Shown here: piece after piece, positions 58,774-64,000 of the stretch
How positions within the stretch are numbered: the first letter of the stretch is position 1
Layout of the letters: each line of letters begins with the position of its first letter
Source: Tubulanus polymorphus
Lineage: Eukaryota > Animalia > Nemertea
Assembly (NCBI RefSeq): GCF_964204645.1
Contig: NC_134033.1
Coordinates: 8,998,655-9,062,654, forward strand
Length of the DNA: 64,000 bases
Direction of reading: 5' to 3'
Program-made: the position numbers and the translations under genes
The notes under the pieces: generated by a model
What the model was told of the DNA's origin: nothing
Database searches by the model: none
What the model saw: the letters and a program-made list of their open reading frames with translations, nothing else

Positions 58774-61700
58774 TCTTACCGTCTCTCAAAACCTCTCGAC
58801 CTCGTCTTATACACAGTGAATAAATTTTGGTTTAAAAGAAAAACCTTCCGACCTAGTTTCCATGAAAATGCGAGTTTATTTCCACTTTTTTATTTTTAAA
58901 AAAGCTCGTAAACAAAAAATTTTCCCGCGTCTGCAAAAGAGGTTTGGATAAGAAACATGTTATCAACATTGAAGGGCCTCAACCCTTCTATCTTGAAGAA
59001 TTCTTCGAGGATGATAAACACCTTGTCAAGAAAACATCAAAACATTTGGCAATGCGTTTTAATTGGTTTTTTTTATTTCATTTCTAACAAAAAGCACTAT
59101 TGAGTCTTTCAATCGAAGGTAATTTCAATTTACAGTTCATACAGTTTCCTTGTAATACTTCAAATTCCATTTCTTTTATCTAGGAACGATTTTTTTGGAT
59201 AGTTCTCTTAATTTTTTGAATACACACCTCAATTTGGTCTCAATATTACCGATGTAACTGTGCAGTTTGAATAAACCATAGTTGTTTTTATATCTATTTT
59301 ACATTGTATTGCAGGAATGCTATAAAGTCTTCTTTTTCTCACACTTCACACCTGATTCGAGTCTTTTCTCTTATTCAAATGAGTTACTGAATCCTTTTCC
59401 ATTGATTCTTTATGACTTAAATAAAGCAAAAAGTCACTGATGTCATCTAGATTGTGCTAAATTAATGAGACCTTGGAAAGTTAAAGTTTGATTAAGATTC
59501 TAGGCACATAGGAATAGCCTACATGCTGCCCTATCATCATTATCAGTTTCTGAAATCTTAGCCCGTTTATTGAGCTAAAAAGGTGTTCAAGTGTGACCTG
59601 GAGTTATGGAGTGCTATCTCATGGTATTCCTTATTATGGATTGATAAGATTCTCAATCAATCTTTAACTTCCCAAGGCAATTATTACATGAGTACTGTCA
59701 TTAATCCCTTATCAGAAGATTAGTTTACATTTTAATTAAACAGGTGAACTAATTTTGAAAAACTTTTAAAAACAGACTTTCAACATCGATGGAAAATAGC
59801 ACTAGCATTCAGAGATTATAAAGAACTGGGCTTGTCCAAAATTGAGTGGACAGGTCCAGTTCATGTTTTTCGTCCATGCATCATGTATCAGGCCACGCAA
59901 AAAAATTGCTTGTTTCTCATCAGTTTCATTTTCCAAGCGTGTTAAAATAAAGTGTCAGTAAAAAATAAAAATGCGCATCCCGCATGCAGAAATCTGTCTT
60001 GTTTCCAATATAAAAATAGTAAGACACTCCCGCACGCGTCCCGATTAACAACCTAATCACACTTTAATGTTGTTCGTCACGGTCACTACCCAATAATAAG
60101 GTATAGAACACATGCAATGGTTACTGTGGCAGGTGAGTATTTTGGTTTTTACAGTGCTTTCCATCCCGATTCAAGGTCTTTAACACGTAAATTTCCCCAT
60201 TAAGAAAAATCAAAAATTGTCGCACTCATCACTTTTGGAATTTTGAATAAGGCTTTTTATTTCTACCTTGTCCTTTTTCCAAAAAAGGGTTGATGAGAAA
60301 CAAGGACATTTCTTTGCCGGGACATACATATTTTATAAATTATTTTGCAGTCAATCTGCAGGGATTCGAACCTGATGGAATCACTTGATTCAACCAACGA
60401 CAGGAAATCCTGCAACCCTAGCCCAAATGCACAAGTAGACGTGCAGGTTTGGCACATGAAAATTTGTGGTGCCAATCACGTCGCCTGTTGTATAATCGTC
60501 GAAGCCAAAATTACATGGATAAATTATGAATAATAATACCTAGGCTAAAATAAAACAGGATTTCTGATTAGCTTACAATGACATCATATGAGCTGCGCAC
60601 TCAGGTTAATCACGAAGGGGTGTGGCAGTTTCAATGCCAAAAGGTTCGAATCATTGTCGCGGAGAATGTCAATCTTCAGCATGGATTAAAATATGATTTG
60701 CTCTCTATTGTTCAGACATTACATATTCACATACAGGGTTTCAGAGATATGTTTGATTCTTCTGATTGAGTACAAACTAATAACAAATGGTAAATATCAG
60801 CGGGATGATTCCCAGGAACCAAAATAATATGGTACATGTATAGTATCTCATCACAAACACTGCTTCAAATCCGTATCAATGTGAGTATCAGTATCAATAT
60901 CAGCAACAGTTGTGTTCAAAACTTAAACGAAACAATAAGGCAATGTATTTTAGCAATATGAAACTAAATGGAAACGAGGACTTAAGGTTTAGTTCTTTGA
61001 AGCTGCGCCATACATATATTTTGGGTCCTGTTTATGTTTTTTCCCAACATTTTGTCTTGAGATTTGAGTCCAAATTTGGTTTCAATCAAGACTGTGAGCA
61101 ATAACGTCAAATGTTCCAGACACCAAAGAAACAACTGATGGTCAACATTCTCCCTTTTACTGGCTAGTCTGTCAGTAAATTCTGCATCATTGTCATAAAA
61201 ATATCACATAATTGCTCAATAGGGGGCAGTAGTTGTAGCATTCACACATCCTCATCTTTTAAAATCACGGCCTGTTGTTTCATATTATGTTTTTTATCTG
61301 TTCGTAAGTCATAAAAAACTGATAAAATAATTAAGGATAAATAAAAGAATTAAGAAAATGACTTTATATTTTGAGGTTGACTGTAAGAGCATAGACAATG
61401 TTCATGGTGAGCAGCCAAAAGTCGAAATTGATGCGGGCATATCAGTTAGTGAAACTGTTATGCAAAGAGCAGTCCGAAACGCAGTTAAAGTAGCTCATGA
61501 AAAATGGCTAGCAGCCGACTTATAGCTATCCATGTTTCGTGATTTCATTTTTTCTAAATATAGAATCGCTAGATTAGACGGGATCAATAAAGATTTCTGT
61601 TCATACTTAGATAATATTAGTATCTAATATTGGATTTTGAATAATCTCTGTAAATACCGTACCTAAGTTACAGGCATGCAAACAGCCAACTTGCACATTT

Positions 61701-62311
61701 CAGGGTGAAAATTAGGATTTTAATTTTTCAAAATAAGGAATGTTTTGGGATCATTGGGCTAATATTTAAGACATTTTAGGACAATTTGAAGGTCCAAATT
61801 CATAAATTTTGAGAAGTTGCCATACTAACTATTAGGTACATTGATGATTTGATCATGCCCGTATCAAGGGGGCTTTGAACCCTGGCCCAAGTTCCGCCCT
61901 GATGCCAGTCTTAAGAAAATTTGAGCATCAATTTCAAAAGATTCGCTCATTGGTAACACTTTCGTTCTTTTTCATTTGCAAAAACTTTTTTGCAAGTACT
62001 TCCTGGACCCAACATTAGCGTGGGTACCTTACAAAAAGTTCCATATTGCAGAAAAAAGATCTATTTTCATGAAAATCCAACCCCTTAAAGACATGGATCT
62101 TGTTCACCGCACTAAGAGGCTTACCTCTTGAGAAATAATATACAGGGTGTCTCCGAAAATGTGTTAGTACGAAAAAGCTAGGTAAAAGCTCAATGACTGA
62201 TTATTCATCATCTATAATTTTAATTTATCTTTTTGGGGATGTTTGCTCGAGGATGAAATGTTGAAATGCAATCATAAGTTCAGGGATGAGAACGCCGACC
62301 TGTAAAGTCCG

Positions 62312-63360
62312 CGGGTTTTTTTTCTAGAGTTACACACGCGAACAAGTTGATGGCATAGCCGTCAGCACTAGCGAGCGCCGTAGGCGCGAAGCTATTTCGG
62401 GAGGTTTGGCGGCCCTCCCCCAAGAAAATTTTAGAAATTAAATGCGTTTTCCGAGCACTTAGAGCGATCTTGAACCCATGAACGACTGTTATATTTTGGA
62501 AGGTAATGGCTAGTTCCAATGTGGTACATCCTCATTCGATGACATTCAACATCTCATGCAATATGGGTCGAGCCCTGAATTATTGCAGTAAATATGCGCC
62601 GATGAATGCTCACTAAAAATCATCACCCAGTAGTGTATAATATCCGAAGACGTTCGCCACACACGCGCGGCAACAGTAAGTAGGCCTATATACATTACTA
62701 CTGTTGCCGCACGCGCGGTTCGGCAACCGATCGATAAAATACATACACACTCATCAAGATCGTAGTACAAATGTAGATACAAAATCACCGTGTTGCAATG
62801 AATATGCATTGAAATACGATACTTTTACGTGACGATGAGTAAAACAGGCACTGAATGCTTTTACGGTTCACCTGATTACCGATCGCGCCGGACCAATTGA
62901 GTGAGATCATCCCCCCGCCATACTTTTACATCATTTTTGGACTATTTGGAAAATTGATATTTTTCAATACCGAAATCCGCGGGGAATTCTCAATTTGTTT
63001 TTCCGAGCACTTAGAGCGATCTTGAACACATGAACGACTATTATATTTTGGAAGGTCTTGACGAGTGTGTATGTATTTTATCGATCGGTTGCCGACACGC
63101 GCGTGCGGCAACAGTAGTAATGTATATAGGCCTACTTACTGTTGCCGACCCGTAATGCACGAGATGCTGAATGTCATCGAATGAGGATGTACCACATTGG
63201 AACTAGCCATTACCTTGCAAAATATAATAGTCGTTCATGGGTTCAAGATTGCTTTAAGTGCCCGGAAAACGCATTTAATTTCTAAAATTTTCTGGGGGAG
63301 GGCCCCCAAACCCCCCGAAATAGCTTCGCGCCTTCAGCGCTCGCTAGTGCAAAAAACCCG
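62312..63360. repeat. Complex foldback: about 205-bp outer and 92-bp inner inverted repeats plus a 58-bp direct repeat
   Basis: 62365-62570 vs 63146-63350 inverted; 62668-62759 vs 63056-63147 inverted; 62447-62504 vs 62999-63056 direct. Confidence 0.9.
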
Positions 63361-64000
63361 TTGCTTATTGGCAACGACAATCAGATTCGGTCATAGAAAT
63401 AGAACTTGTAACATCCATGTTTTCTGTTTACAATGGGTCTGCAATCAATATGTCGCAGTTGTAAGTAAATTCATGTCGAAAAGGTCCCCGATGAAATAAA
63501 TCGCACACCGCTCTGATGAGGTGACCGGGTCATAAGTCGACATGAGGTTAGCTTTACTCATTTTATTGACTGACACTCGCCATCCTGACAAACACTGATC
63601 TCAAAGACATTGACGAATTGAATGTCAATTGTCTGAGGGGCATGGGTAAGGACAGCAGACTGATAGCTGATTGATTTAGTACACTGGGTAGGGCACAATT
63701 GATTCGTACTATCATAATTATGATTAAGTGCGGCGACAAGTCCCATCACTATGTATACTGCATGCATGTCATTCATACACTAGGCAGTGACTGCTGATAC
63801 GGTTGACAGTTCATTGGTCCCAAAACTAGCAAAGTGCTCGATGGCATTCAGGTGGTTAACAGTAATGCTAATTTTGTACACACTTTATGTTCACTACTGA
63901 TCCGCTCTCAGAAGTGGAGGGATAATGTAGATTCACTTTAGAACCATAATAAGCTTAAAACAGTCATCAATTTCAGTCATGACGATGTAATTGGACCCTT

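Noticed and set aside
62280-63499. Paralogous ORF pair MELAIT(F/L)QNI... on opposite strands
   Set aside because: By-product of the inverted repeat; TTG starts and no recognisable domain
296-63776. Most ORFs in the six-frame track as stand-alone genes
   Set aside because: Short, often with non-ATG starts; they overlap repeats or are exon-plus-intron read-throughs of MYCBPAP (e.g. 22381, 32036, 33406, 49895)
63558-63940. Terminal exon of a convergent minus-strand gene
   Set aside because: In-frame stop upstream, no clear acceptor and no recognisable homology

Overview
AT-rich, intron- and repeat-rich eukaryotic DNA, most likely from an invertebrate animal. The main feature is one large plus-strand gene encoding a MYCBP-associated protein (MYCBPAP, a cilia/flagella central-apparatus protein). 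I traced 21 shared coding exons from 20317 to the stop at 53655, all with GT-AG sites and consistent phases, giving about 890 aa. There are also three candidate alternative N-terminal exons (14679, 15626, 19669) and a cluster of phase-1 micro-exons. Introns and flanks are filled with non-autonomous DNA transposons (hAT, Harbinger/PIF, piggyBac-type, Tc1/mariner-type, Helentron/HINE-like), two LINE 3' relics, a Gypsy pol relic, a solo LTR and a Penelope-type hammerhead-like motif. The most unusual signal is enrichment of TAGGCCTA. Two paired-copy comparisons inside the window, plus one comparison with a recalled LINE consensus, show it arising as GG(C)CTA insertions at TA sites. No prokaryotic systems, CRISPR arrays or intact tRNA/rRNA genes were seen. 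All calls were made by eye; family assignments come from remembered motifs, not database searches.
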